Position numbers and translations under genes: made by a program
Shown here: piece by piece, positions 13,166 through 27,092 of the stretch
How positions within the stretch are numbered: the stretch's first letter is position 1
Layout: every line of letters starts with the position of its first letter
Source: Lama glama
Taxonomy: Eukaryota
Assembly (NCBI GenBank): GCA_028534125.1
Contig: CM052816.1
Coordinates: 48,424,001 to 48,488,000 of the forward strand
Reading direction: 5' to 3'
Length of the DNA: 64,000 nucleotides
Notes under the pieces: generated by a model
The model's input: the letters and a program-made list of their open reading frames with translations, nothing else
What the model was told of the DNA's origin: nothing
Databases searched by the model: none

Positions 13166-15100
13166 TTGGTTCCTAAGGTTAAGGATGGAAGAAAGTGCTG
13201 GGGATATTTTCTGCTGAGGAGTGTTGAGAGGCAGGGGATTGGTTGGCATTTTTAAATGACAGAAACCACTGCTCTCTGGCCTGCTCAGGGGTATTAAATG
13301 CTATTGGCCCTGCATTCGGTCTCCCTCTCACCCCAGGAATCCCGCATTCTGTAAAGTTTATTTTTGAAGTCCAGCAGGAAATACAAAATATTTATAGAAA
13401 AATGGAGAATCATGTGCAAATAAAATAAATATCACCGATAGGAAGTCTTAAATAGTCTTGCCATGACTTACGTACATATTTCTTATGCAACCTGATAAGT
13501 TGGGTAAATTGAAAGGCCAAAAATAGATCATAAATGGGTTAGATTTAAAATATGTCAGACATGATAAGAAGGAAAGTGACTGAATCTCATTGAGATATCC
13601 TGGCTAGAGGACAAATAAGGAAAAAATAGAATTCAGGTGGAATGTGGAACATACTGTTTGATGCTATAAAGATGAGATAAAGAATCAAGCTACAGCTCCA
13701 CATTCCTGGTCAGGGAGCTTCATGTCTTGTTTTGCTTCTCACATTTTTGGCTCTCCCTAAACCTGTGTTTCTGATTGATTAGTGGATAAGGGTAGCTGTG
13801 TGACATCGTAGAGGAACTGAAGCATTTTGAAAATGATGTTAACAAAATGGACCTTACACTGGGTTCACAATTAAAGAAGCTGTAATCCTGTTCATTTGTA
13901 AATGAGCCATGAAACCTCACAGAAGCAGTGACTATTCTGAGGTATATCTTCTCTGTCTGCATTAGAACCTCACATGGTTTAATTTAGAATAAAATTTGGT
14001 AAGCAGTATGTCAGCTCCTGCTGGACTGGACTTCTGGCTGGCTATAATCACCCATTCTTTTCCATCAGCTAAAATTCAAGCACTTTCTAGAACCAGTTAA
14101 AGTTCTAACTGCTTAAGATCTCTTCTTAAATACTTTAACATATATTGGTCATTTTCTTCTGAATGCAGTTATTATTTTATTACCAGAACTAATTTATTTC
14201 TAACTGAGTTATATGACATATACTGATGACTTATTCCTAACATTCATGAATAGCATGACTTTACCATGAGTTTACCAGGCCACCTAACCAACAAGAATGC
14301 TATACCCAATTTTTCTCATTAGCACTGCCAAGCTGCAGAAACCAAACGCTGGCTTGCTACTGTAGCACTAGGTTAGAACTTTTATATATAAAATCTACAC
14401 AAAATAGTCTTTGCTGAATGAATACATTTGTTAATTATAAAATAGAAGCATGTGCAAATGTAGATGCTTTACATTTATAACTTTGATTGTGAAATAGGAT
14501 AATTTGGCTCTTTGAATTATCAAGTAGTATTTTAACTCTCAGTATTTCTGACAGTAATTTGTATATTTTGCTTCAATAGTTTTTCAGAATTTTTTGTTTT
14601 TCATTTAATATATTTTCAGATAGTGTTTAACCTATATAGTTCGTTAAATTTATCTAATTAATCTTGTTCATCCTGAAAAACATTTCTAAAGAAATATTAT
14701 ATATATAATAGAAACTAATCAGACTGCCAATAAAGTAAAAAGTTAAGCTGTGTTCTGTATTTTCATGAATAGAAAAGTTGTAATATTTGCAGGGAAAGTG
14801 AAATTATCCATAAAATAGTACAGACCAACATGATGGGTAGTGATTTACATTTTTAATAATGATTACTTTAGTAATGTTCTGTTATTATGTGAGAAATTTT
14901 GTTATAGAAACAGGAAATATTTATGTTATAAACTGTAAAATGAAATGTTTAAAATTAAAAATTAGTAATCCTTGCATTCAGAAATGCAAACTCAAATTTC
15001 ATAAGTTTTCTGAAGTTCAATCATTAACTTACACTTCTGTGCTAACAAAATATGATTTGGAATGTAACCTTAAGTATAGTTAAGATGGGCATAATCTCAC

Positions 15101-15402
15101 TGTGTAAAACAAACCATTGATCTTATATTAGGTTTAGGGAAGAGTTTGTCGGGGTGCTTATATTGATTGGAGAGGTTGAAGCAGGCTTATGAAAGTCTTA
15201 GAAGCATATTCTGTATTGGTTACAGAGGGAAGAGTAGGTTGACAGCAGCCTTAATACTGTGTCCATCGGAGTGAAGCTAACCCTAATACCTGTCTTTCGA
15301 AGTGTAAGGCTGTCACTGATTGGCTACCCTTAGAAGTATGCTCACTGAGTTGTTTATTGATTAGAGAGGTTTAAAACTAGTTTCAAAGTTATTTGTAAGT
15401 CA
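15101..15402. mobile_element. Possible old solo LTR (family not recognised)
   Basis: GC-elevated island with TG...CA limits, three ATTGG (reverse CCAAT) motifs and an internal 18/20 direct repeat. Confidence 0.3.
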
Positions 15403-16261
15403 CACTTTGTCTAAATGTGTGGGGACTGTAAAAAATATTCTAAATCCCTGTTTTGGTCTTCTTTTAATCTTATCACCAAAAAAGCAGTAAGGTTTGTCCA
15501 GATTTTCACCACTCTTCTCCATTCTTCTTGAAGATGAAGTGTTGTTTCAACAAGTTTCAGTTCATGGGTTGACCAATGTGATTTCAACCTACTTTCATCT
15601 TTGATTCATTTATTGAATCATCTATAAGGACAGTGGCTGCATATTGGCACTTAACATTCTAGAAAATGATAGATGTGTATCAAACAAGTTTACTAAAATA
15701 TGACGACTGCCAGAAATTCTGAAACCATAACCCAATATTTCCTAAATTCAAACAATGAAACTTAAACTGGAAAACAAGTCCTTACTATTCCAAAAGTCTA
15801 AATATGATAAGCAGATTGCTTTTATTTTGAGCTTAGATAGATCATTGCACCTCACATCTAATGTTAACCCAGATTCAGCGTAAAGTGCTAGCAGTGATGA
15901 AGGTAGCAACTTCCATCTGGTTGACCAAAACAAAATCCAAAACTATTTAATTATCAAAAAATAAGGAATTTAAGCTAGTTCTTTATGTCCCCTGGATGAG
16001 GTCCCACTTATTATATCAGCCAAAATGAAGCATATATTTTTGAAGACACTCTATAGCTGTTCAGCTCCTGCAGATGGGACCACTGTCTTCAGGTTTCTCT
16101 TTCTACGTGTTAGTAATCTTGCTCCAAAGAAGGCTTGTATCCCTTTGGACTTCATGTAAGAGAACAATCCACTGAAAATATTGGGGAAGTATATACCCAA
16201 CAGTGCTGAAATTAGTATTTCTGCATAACAATGAGCCTTAGCTATGATTTAAATTTTTAAA

Positions 16262-16453
16262 AAAATTTTCACTGAAGCATAGTTGATTTACAATGTTAGT
16301 TTCAGATGGACAGCAAAGTGATTCAGTTATACATATACATACATACATATTTTTTTCTTTTCAAATTCTTTCCCATTATATGTTATTATAAGAAATTGAA
16401 TGTAGTTCCCTGTGCTATGCAGTAAGTCCTTGTTTATCTATTTCTTTATATAG
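16262..16453 (-). mobile_element. Artiodactyl-type L1 3'UTR stub
   Basis: 'actgaagcatagttgatttacaatgttagtttcag...attgaatgtagttccctgtgctatgcagtaagtccttgtttatc' is similar to 39110-39296 and 49480-49670. Confidence 0.85.
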
Positions 16454-19302
16454 AGGAACCTATTTCTCCTACATGAAAAACAAGCATACACGCAGACTAA
16501 AAAAATTCAGGGAGTGCATAAAAATATAATTAATTTCATTGGATCTGTGGGATATTTTATCTAGATACTATCACAGTAAAATATCAATATATGCTACATC
16601 CTTCAAAGTTTCTGTGTCCTTTTTTTCAAACAAGGATATGTTTTTTCATGTTTGTATTGTCTCAAGGAGTATCATTATTTGGAACAGTAATATAATACCA
16701 GTTCTACTATTTAATTTGTGTGTAGTAGCAATAGCTGTGAGAGCTGAATTATAGAGGTAGTATTTTTATGGTCCCTCATAAAACCTAGATTTAAGCAAAT
16801 TATTAGTGGTAATAAGGGGAACATGATAGAATAAGTCATGAATATATAACTTGAAACAAGAGGAAAATATGACAAAAAGCATTAAGAATAATATTTAAAG
16901 AAGACTGTGGTAATCAGTAATTCCACACCTGGAATAATTTTGTTCTGACAATTTTGATAAGAAACAGCCTTATGCATGTTCATGCAGCCATATGCCTATT
17001 TTGAGAAAATGATAGTCCAGGACAAAAAATATCTAACAAAACTCTCACCTCTGCAGCATATTTATGTCACTCTTACTGGGATTTTAAAAAAATTCTTAAT
17101 CATAAGCCTAAACTTGATTCTACCCTTAGGTTTAAATTTAATATACATAGAGATCAGCATTCTGGTCAAACACTAAAAACAAAAGTACTTAAAATTAATA
17201 AAATACATTAAAATTAAATAATTAAAGGTGAAGAAAATAAAGAAGAAATAATGACAGGATAATTTTTATAAACGAAAAACAATGAGACTTAAATGCACTT
17301 ATGAAAAGCATGATTTGAGAATTTATAAATTCATCTGAAATACAAGGTCAAGGTTTTTTTTTTCGCAATTGTATATAATTCATACGTGGAATAATTTAGA
17401 TTACAGTTAGAATTTCTTAACACAAATGGGGCCCTGAAAATGTGTCCTATGAGGAAAAGAAGTGCTATTTCCTTAGCAACAAAAAATATGTTCAGAAAAC
17501 AGTTTAATATATAATAGCTTTCTTTCATTGCTGCCATACTCTTTGGAACTACAAGCTTTAAAACTAAATTAAGAACCTTAATTAGAAATCAGTTAAAATA
17601 ATCTAAATTTTGTTATTCATAAAAAATAACTGTAGAAAAATGTGTCTTATTTGTCAGATGGAACTACTGACCACTCTATGATATGGGGTGGATTGCTCTT
17701 TTTGAAAAATATAGTGGACTCATATGGTAGATTATGGCTAATGCATATAATATAAAGTTAAAATTTAATTGTAGATAGTATCTTAAAATTGAAAAGAACT
17801 AGAAGAAGCCCTTTCTTCTAGAAGTCTAAAAATTTGGTTTGTTTAGTTATTTCCTCCAATTCGCGGGTTAATTATGTCAAAAATTTCCAAATACGTAGTC
17901 TTTGAATGAACTTTCGCACTGATATTTAATTGAAGTATATAAAATATTCAAATCTAAAGAATTTCAAATAATATTTGGATTTATTATGAACATAAAATTT
18001 AGCTAATTATAGTTAAACATGTATTGGTAGTTTTTTATACTGAACATATTTATAAATGATACAAAAGTAAAATTCTGTCAATACTTTTAGTACTAATTCT
18101 CATCTCTGAGGTATATATTTTATACATAATAAATACATTCATTTCTTACCATTTGAAGGCAGTGTCTTAAGAGTTCTGGAATATTGGATACATACTTCTT
18201 AGAAAGGGTAATAAATAATATTACTTTTTATCTTCCAAAACTCAGAATTTAGTGAGAAATAAGATACAAGCCAGACAAGTGGAGATCAAATGTCACTGTA
18301 TTAGTGATAAATCTAATTAAAGGATGTGACTTTATGTGAGTGGCCAAGTGGGCTGACCATTGTGTAATTAGGCAGATTTATTCACCTATCACTTGCACAG
18401 ATGGACTAATATAAGGTTCTCTTCAAGAGATGGAGCCCACCCCTCTCAGCATACTATATGCTTAAGAGCAGAGATTGCATTCTGTATAGAGACAGCAGGC
18501 ACATCTGAAAATGAAAAAGTAAAGGGACTTAATATGATATAGTTAGTTTCTTCTCCCAAATTCATCCATCAGATATATTACTCCTGAGAGAAAGTGAAAT
18601 TGTTCTTACATCAAAAATTCTTACTTCTGGAGAATGGAGTGGAAATTTTTTTCTTTATGTAATGAAGTGTAGGATATCTCTCTTCTAACATTTAAAAGTA
18701 AACAATTTACTCATCATTCTGTGGAATCTATAAATCTGTGTGAAAAATAATTTCTCTTGACCAAATGAATAGATTTCGATATTTAGGCATTGTTTTTCCA
18801 ATGCATTCATGTGTTATTATGATTAATGAAGATAAAAACTTTAAATATATTACTAAAGGTGTAGTAAATTTCAAATTTGTACATTTTCTCAGTCAATAGA
18901 ACTATTCTTCAAGGGTTCATACCACTTTAGGGCATTTAGAAGTGATCATCATAGTAAAAAAAAATTGGAACATAAAATAACTTTTTCCCGTGCAACTGTT
19001 TTTAAGGCATTGACCTGAATTTTGCTATTCTAGTTCATGTGCTTGTTTGATTATTAATTTGCAATCTGAAAACCATTTAGTATAAACTAAAAATTGAATA
19101 ACACATAATGAACCCATAAATGTGGTATTCATAACTCACGTTTAGTGTTTTATAAGTATACTGGTCACCAAGTTACTCTTCCGCTGGTGGTCCTTTTGAC
19201 ACTGGCTTCTATCTGAATTGAGTAAGTGTATCCTACATTCATTAACTCTTGAAGGTGGAAGGAAATCTAGAAATAACTTAGTTCAAATTACTTATAAATA
19301 GA

Positions 19303-19470
19303 GAGGTAATACAGAGTTGTGGTTAAGAGCCTAGGATTTTGGAAAACTAGACAATCATTATTTCCACTGCAGTTCATCTGTTGTTTAACTGTCTGGATTC
19401 AATTTCCCCATCTTCAGTGGAGATAATGTTATGAGGATTAATATATATAAAGAGCTAAAGACAGAGTATG
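19303..19470 (+). mobile_element. MIR SINE relic
   Basis: 'gttgtggttaagagcctaggattttgga...tcaatttccccatct...gttatgaggattaa'. Confidence 0.7.
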
Positions 19471-19997
19471 TTTTTAAAATAAATACTACTGTAATAAAAC
19501 TGAACTCCAAGGAGGTTAAATGGCATCCCCAATTTCACAAAACTGAGATCAAATCCAAGTTTTATGATGGTAGTATAGTATGTTTGGAACTACTTTCTCA
19601 AACATATACTTAAATAGCATACTTAAATGTTCTTTCTATCTTGGAAGTATAATGTAACTCCTGAATGTTATTTAATTCAGGGCCTTAAAAATAAATTTAA
19701 TGCAATAGTTATTAACTGAGGATACATTTCTTTAGAAAGTGTCTTTTCTCCTGAAAAAGGATTCTAGTTAATTCACAATACCTCCTAACTTCTGACACTG
19801 CAATTATATTTGGTGTATATTCATTTAATTGTTAAATAATATTATTTGTCATTGAAACCTGTTTCCCCTTTCTTTCTATAGTAGTATACATTGTAATACC
19901 TTTGACTGTCTTTTTTCCTACTCAGGCTTTAGTTCTAGATAGCTGAGAAGCCAGAGAGTGATTAACAAATAAAATTTTTGAAACGTTACTCTATTCC

Positions 19998-20118
19998 TCA
20001 CTTAGACTGTTTAAGCTTTCAGAGTGAATATAACTGCCTTAATAGTATACACTGCCCAGCAAATTTAGCAGTGCTGACTCATTGCTGGTCTTCAAAAATG
20101 TTGTTGATAAATGAATGC
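19998..20118 (+). mobile_element. LINE-2 3' end relic
   Basis: 'cacttagactgtttaagctttcagag...ttagcagtgctgactcattgctggtcttcaaaaatgttgttgataaatgaatg' matches the L2 tail pattern. Confidence 0.6.
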
Positions 20119-20919
20119 ATTAAAAATGACTATGGTATCAATTGTGGGATTTGATTTTCAGGATCATAATTTAAAATTACAAAAACTTCATTTCTAAAAA
20201 AGGAAGAGAGGGTTTTTTTTTTTACAAAAAGAAGTATGTTTAGTGGGAGAATTCTATTTAAGAAAGATTTTAACTTATAGCTCTGAGAGGAAAAAAATAA
20301 AACTGTATACTTAATTCAGTTGAATGGCATTAAATGTAAGTATCTAAGAAAATAAGTTAAAGATGTATATTGAAAAATACACATGCCATCTTACATAAGA
20401 ATGAATTCAATGAGTAATAAAACATGTAAAATTTGAACACAACATGAAATACTGTCTCAAGATCATGCTTCTGGCATTATGAGATATATACATACATACA
20501 TATATTTTTTTCTTATTGAAAAATCAACAAGAATAAAAACTATGTGCTTGCAGTAAATACACAAAGATATTTTACTAAATTTTAGTGGATCTAATGCTAA
20601 AATTATGAAGAACTACTCTATATGAAAATTTTTTTTAATGGAGGGAGAATTATTTTCACATGCACAAAGAAAAGCTGAATTGATGTAAATCTACAGATAA
20701 ACTTACAGGCTACTCAGTCAGGACAAGAACAAGAATGATAATTTTCATACATAAACCCTAATAGTGATAAGACTTAATAATATTGAAATGTTAAACTGTT
20801 AAGCTAGGTCATTTTTGTAAGCCTTATTCTCTTGAAGAGAAAGTATCTGCTAAAAATATAACTTATTTTGTTAATAGTTTTATGTCTCTGAAAATAATAA
20901 AGCAGTTATCACTTCTTTA

Positions 20920-21500
20920 GATAGAATTATGGCTCCATTTGTTTCCCTATTCAGCTATCACTGGACTCCCTTCCCAGCCTCAGGAGTGAATTATGACAGG
21001 TTCGAGGCAGTCTTAACTGTTTCTTTTCCCTTGTTAGTGACTTTAAGTATGGACATATAGCACATTTCTAGGTAACGAGATATGAGGTGAAGTCAGTACT
21101 TATGCTTCTCGAAAGATCTTTCTTTGACTTTAGAAGAGACAATATTTTTTAAAGAAAACTTAGTCATGGCCACAGTGAATTCTTCTGATCTTTGATCAAA
21201 TGAAAACCACACATCTGGAAAGAGTTAAAACGTGAGAATGTGATACCTAGAGTTCCTACAGCCATCATGTGAAAGTAACAGTAGCTTAAATGAGAATGAG
21301 TCCAATGACCTGAAAGTGATACAACAGAACTATATAAAATATTTGTGTCTTTGATGATATCATACTTTTGAGTAACCAGTTGGTAATCATCCTCCCTTTG
21401 ATTTGCTTGTCATATGAGGTAAAATAGACACACACACACACATACATGTACACATTCTTCTTTCAAGCTAATTGGATCAATGATAGTTTTCTCTTATTTG
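20920..21500 (+). mobile_element. Old ERVL-class solo LTR (LTR16/LTR33-like)
   Basis: 'cccttcccagcctc', 'ggacatatagcacatttctaggtaacgagatatgaggtgaagtc', 'cagccatcatgtga', 'gtctttgatgatatc'. Confidence 0.55.
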
Positions 21501-23411
21501 GAAAACATAGTATTTGAAAAAATTACCCCCCCTAAATGCAAAACATCTTTGAAGATGTAAAGGATATATAAGTGTAGTTGGACAAAAAATTCATTTCAAC
21601 ACAAATTTCATGATATTTGACTATTGCAAGTACTGTGTCAAATGACAGACATAAAAATTTATATATATTTCATATATATATATATATACACACATATATA
21701 TCATATGTACAAAAATCTGTGTGTGTCTAGATAGATAAGTGCTATTAAAGCAACTAAAACCTAATAGAAAACACATATGTATGCAGAATACAAACAAATA
21801 AAAGGCATCTATGCCTTCTTAGTAACAAGGACAGTCAAAGCAATATGTAACTCAGGCTTTAGATTTAAATATAAACATTGGCAGGAAATGTGTTATTTTA
21901 TTTCTGTTAATTTCAACTGTAAGAAATTTTCTTCGATCTTTTAGAGTCACTCTTAGAAGTATACACTCTGCACAAAAGTAACAAAATACATTGTTCCTTA
22001 ATTTTTTATAGTATTTTGTCAGAAAAGAAAATTTCTCATATGGGTCTCTGATACAAGGACCAAATAATAACTCAAATTGTATTGCAAGAAACACATCCCA
22101 GGAGTAATCACTTTGGATTCCTTGGGATATATCACCAGAATATATACTTTTAGTTTTTCATTTGTTTAATAGCATGGTTGTATAAAATGAGTATGAGAAA
22201 AAAACAGGGTACACACATACACAGTGACATTCTACTTAAAGAGTAATCTCTTTTTAACATATTAATGTGATATGTTGTTTAATTAATAGCTAGAAAACAT
22301 AGTAAAAATGGAATTTTGCAAAATCATTTTAACACTTGAGTTACAAAACGCTTACAAATATGATTTTAAAGTACTGTATGTTGTACATGTGTATTTTCAT
22401 CTCAGAAATGAAGAAATTTGAAAATAGATTTCAAGTTTGTATATAATAAGTCCTGGTGTCTTAACCTTGACTATTGATCCATGTACTAGATCATATTCCC
22501 ATAATTACAGAAATGAGTTTCACATATTACCATACAATTTTATTTTGGAAACAATTATAGTGAGTTGATTTTTTTAAGAGAAATTATGGAGGAAAAACAG
22601 TGTTAGTCAAATATTTGAAAATCTATTGAAAAACTCTACACTGACTTTTTTCATAGCCATATAAACTAAATCAAAGGGAGAGCACCATATTTAAAATCAG
22701 TAAGGATCAGAATTAGGTCAAGCGGTCTCTTAGATTTAAAAACTGTCATGGAGAAATTAGTTAAGATATCAAAGTCCTTTTAACTCAGAAATACTTACAA
22801 CATAATTTGAACTAAATATTTTTCTTGTAGACTGGAAAGATATTGGAAATTTGAAAATAGTGTGTTTAAAGGATGATTATGTATGTCTGCTGTTAGGCAC
22901 AATGTATGTGAGAATTACTCTAAACTTTACATACACTATTAGTTCTAAGCCTTGATTGATAGCATAAACAGTGGTTATTATTGTTATAGAGATAAATTTT
23001 GATATCTGTCATCATGCATATGTATGCATGTGTATGTGTGTATGTATATGTAATATTTTATCTCTTTGTATATATGTATATATTATATATATGTAATTTT
23101 ATAGTTTATATATATATAAACATATACACAGTTATATAGTGAAAGCAATGTTGTATATACACAGAAAAACCTGCAGCTGGATATAGCATTGTACAGAAAA
23201 ATAGTGTTTGTGCATTGTTTTTCCCCACATTCACTCAATAGAAGGGTGGTTGGTTAACAATTATTGTGAATTTTGAACAAATGAAAATAGTCACATACAT
23301 CAAACTATCCCTAATTCATTCCCAATATTTCTAATTGATTTTTATTTAATTTGAAAAAAATATTGAGAGGTTATAACATGTGACAGCTACTTTGGGTATA
23401 GCTTTGTTTTA

Positions 23412-23802
23412 CATTGCATTGTCCAATATGGTAGGTATTAGCTATCAAACACTTGAAATGTGAGTAGTGCAAATTAAGATGTGCTGTAAGTGAAAACACA
23501 CACTAGATTTCAAAGATTTAGTGTGAATAAAACTAACATAAAGTATATGATTAGTATTTTTACATTTATATTTATATATTCATTTGTTACACAAATATGA
23601 TATATAAATATGTTTATCTTATATGTATATTTTACATGCATGTTGAAATAACAGTATTTGAACATTGTGTTATATAGACATTAAATTTAATATTAATGGT
23701 TCTATTTTTTAATGTGGTTTCACATGCAAATATTTTTAATATGTAAAATTATATCTGTGATTCAGATTGGTGTATCGTGTTATATATCTGTTGATAGCAC
23801 TG
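23412..23802. mobile_element. hAT-Charlie MITE (MER33-like)
   Basis: Degenerate terminal inverted repeats 'cattgcattgtccaa' and 'ttgatagcactg'. Internal 'cacttgaaatgtgagtagtgcaaattaagatgtgctgtaagtgaaaacacacactagatttcaaagatttagt'. Confidence 0.8.
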
Positions 23803-23839
23803 TCTAGATAGTCTACTAAAATGATGTTAGAAAACAGGT

Positions 23840-24385
23840 ATGATAGGCAGAATTATGACTCTCCCAGAGCTTTCCACATCCCGAACACCAGAACCTGTGA
23901 ATACGGCAAAGGGACTTTGCATATGTGATTACGGTCAAGGATCGTGATAATTCATGCTTATTTGTGAGATCCCAGTGTGATAACATGAGTCCATAGAAGG
24001 AAAAACACAGAAGTATAGTGTGTTAGAGACTTGATGTGAGGTGGATTTGACCTGCCATGCTGGCTTTGAAAATAGAGGAAGATGTCCATGAGCCAAGAAA
24101 TATGGCAGCCTCTAGTAGCTGGGAATGGCTTTACAGTTACAGCTAGCAAGGTACCGAAAAATTCAGTTTTACTAGTACAGGAAAATGAGCCTTGCCAACA
24201 ACCAAATAAGCACGAAACAGTTTTTTGGGGTTTTTTTTTAATATATGCTCCAGAAAGGAACACAGCCTACCAACACCTTGATTTTAAGACTTGTGAGAAC
24301 TGTACCAGATCTTTGACCTCCTGAACTATAAGATAATACTTTTGTGTCATTTTAAGTAGCTGGGTGTGTGGTAATTTGTACAGTA
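23840..24385 (+). mobile_element. MaLR solo LTR (MLT1D/E-like)
   Basis: 'ggcagaattatg...agaacctgtgaata.ggcaaagggactttgcatatgtgatt...gctggctttgaa...catgagccaagaaatatggcagcctctag...ctccagaaaggaacacagcctaccaacaccttgatttt...gtggtaatttgt'. Confidence 0.85.
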
Positions 24386-24534
24386 CAAATCTAAGAGAAA
24401 AGGTGAACACTTTTTTGTTTTATACATATTCAGATATTCAGTGGCAGCCTCTTACAATACTGGACTTTTAAGTTACTTTTTAATCAACATCTTTCATATA
24501 AAACCATCAAATTTACAGTGCTGGTTTTTTATCA

Positions 24535-24722
24535 GAAAGAAAGAGGATGAATAGGAGAAGAAAGAAAAATAAAGGGGTAGGAGAAGAAAAGGTAGGAAAA
24601 GGAGAACTAGAAGAAGTACAAGGAAAATGTGAAGTAATGAAAGAAGGAAGATAAGAAGAAAAAAGAAAGAAGGAAAGAAGGATGAATGAGAGGAGGGAGG
24701 AGGGGAGAGAAGAAGGGGAGAA
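24535..24722. repeat. GA-rich polypurine low-complexity tract
   Basis: About 190 bp that is almost all A/G (agaagaaagaaaa...gagggagagaagaaggggag). Confidence 0.9.
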
Positions 24723-25649
24723 ACAATTTAAGCTTTCTTACATTAGAACAAGAACACAGTGATATCCAGAAATAAATCTCAGTATTATGTGAGGTTTAAC
24801 CTAGACTTGGTTTCTTTTTTCAATCTTACACTTCAGTCAAGTAAATTACTTTTGTCTATACAATTGCATTATCATCATGCTATATAATACCTCCCTGTCT
24901 GAGCTTTCAGCTTGTTATATACTATATCTGATTAGAGACTTTAAAACTTTCTATTCTTAACATATGATTTTTATTTATTTTTGAAAGTTGTTGTCTTATC
25001 TACAATCAGTTTGTATACATCTGATAGGCAAGATCAATATTCAGTTGCTCTTTGGATCCTCCACAGCACTCATACACTGGAAAAAATAAAGAAAATTTGT
25101 AACCAACTCTAAACAATTATATTTAATTAGGCTGTGATGATACGTCTAAAATACATTATATTTGAAATTATGTGCAAATGCCTCCTTAAAAGACAATATA
25201 CACCATTCATTAATCAATAGTAAATTCTTCTTTAAGTATATGAATGCAGAGTAACTAAACGTCAATTGGCAGGCAAATTAAAAAGTCATTTAAAATAATT
25301 GTTCAATTTACACTTTTAATTATCTTTGATAATATAACCATAAAATCACAGAGCTAGAAAACATGTACACAATATTCAAGCTGGTAAGCTTTAAATTAAA
25401 ACAGAAAATAAGTATAATGGAAGTGAATCTGATTCATGTCAGTGATAAAATTCTCCAAGACTTATATTGCTAAACTTAAAAAAAGTTGGGGGGTGGGGTC
25501 GGGTACGAAGAAGGTAGTAGAGGCAAGGAGGAGAAAGATTACTACTAAGGAGAGAAAAAATTTAATAGAAGATTAGTACATAATGCAAGATGTAATTTTT
25601 TTTGAAATTTTGAAAATTTAATTACTTATGAAGTTTCACAGATAGAGAT

Positions 25650-25762
25650 ATCTGTGATTAACTTGTATTGTTTTGCTCAGGATTTTCCTGGTTTTAGCAC
25701 TATAATTTATTCATCCCAGGAATCCTCTCACTCTCAGGCAAACTGATATGATGCTTTCCACA
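25650..25762. mobile_element. hAT-Blackjack MITE (MER81-like)
   Basis: About 110 bp: 'gtgattaacttgtattgttttgctcaggattttcctggttttagcact...tcccaggaatcctctcactctcaggcaaactga' resembles CpG-decayed MER81. Confidence 0.65.
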
Positions 25763-26809
25763 TACAAACATACACACACATGCATGAAAGCACATATACA
25801 CATATTCCTATTCAGATAATTCATGACTAGTATGACAGTTCACATTGTTAATTTTGATATTGTTTTGTAGTTTAAATGTGACACTCCCACAAATCTGTTA
25901 ATAGGATCTAATAGGCAGTCTCCCTTCATTGTCTGCCTCAGACCTCTCTGTTTACCCTGTATCTTCTTGATACACTAATATACTGTGCTATTGATGACTG
26001 GAAAGACTGAGTTCTTAGATCCCAGGATGAGTGTCCTTCATACACCTATTGAGTAAAGAATTCTTAAAGGAATAAAAAGAGCATGCATTGCAGCAGACAT
26101 GAATTTATCAGCAGCTGAGGTTATTTTTCTAATAGTTTTTGAAGTCCTTCATTTTAATAAAGAATCAGAAAAAAAAAACACAAGATATTTATTTTAGCTC
26201 AGGGTTTAATCAAGCACTGAAAACTAGAAACTGAATGAGGCAGTGTTTGTACACAAACATCGTGAGCCCTCTCAGATTTCTTTGACTTTATTTTACTGTC
26301 AATTTCTTATTGGACACCATACTGAGTCTGGGTTGCCCCTTTGCTTCTGAGCTTGAGAAAAATTCCATACTTTATCCTTCTCTCAGGTTCTGTTTTCTAG
26401 AGGGTCTAGGCTATGGAGAATGTTTTTAAAATTTGTTATAGAATTATCACAAAGTTTGAAAGAATAACTAAAGACATTGGATTTGCTGAATAAATGTGCT
26501 GGCCATTTTATCCATTGATATGCACAAATACTGTTTTATGGAATTTGGAAGAAAACTACTCTAGTACATTCAGTGTGAATTTTAAATGCAAATGTTACAT
26601 GCAGTGAGGGTAAAAAGTAAAGAACAGCTGTACTGATATTTGCAGAAGTGGTTTTAGTATGTTTATAAATAATAAGGGATATATTATTGATTTATTTCAC
26701 AAGATAACAGAGGTGGGCACTTAAAATATAATTTAAACTATTTTAATAACAAAAGAAGAATGCTTTGCTATTTTCAGTTAGTTCTTAGCACTCATGGAAA
26801 AAATGGAGG

Positions 26810-27092
26810 TTTTAATAGACAGAAAAATAATCCCCTAGAGGTGTTCATGTTAATTTCCAGACCTGTGAGTATGTTATATTACATGGCAACGGAAAATTAA
26901 AGTTGCAGATGGAATTAAAGTTGCTCTGTAAAATAAGGAGATTATACTGGTTTATCTGAGTGGGCCTAATGTAATTAAGAGTCTTTTAAAGTGAAAGAAG
27001 GAAGCAGTCAATGTCAAAGTCAGAAAGGGATTTGAAGATACTGCCATTGAAGATGGAGGCAGGGACCCTCAGTGAAGGAATATAGGAGGTCT
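26810..27092 (+). mobile_element. MaLR LTR 5' half (MLT1D-like)
   Basis: 'acctgtgagtatgttatattacatggcaacggaaaattaaagttgcagatggaattaaagttgct...ggagattatactggtttatctgagtgggcctaatgtaat...tgaagatggaggcaggg'. Confidence 0.8.

Noticed and set aside
25488..25503. G-quadruplex candidate
   Set aside because: It has only three separate G-runs, so it is not a canonical G4.
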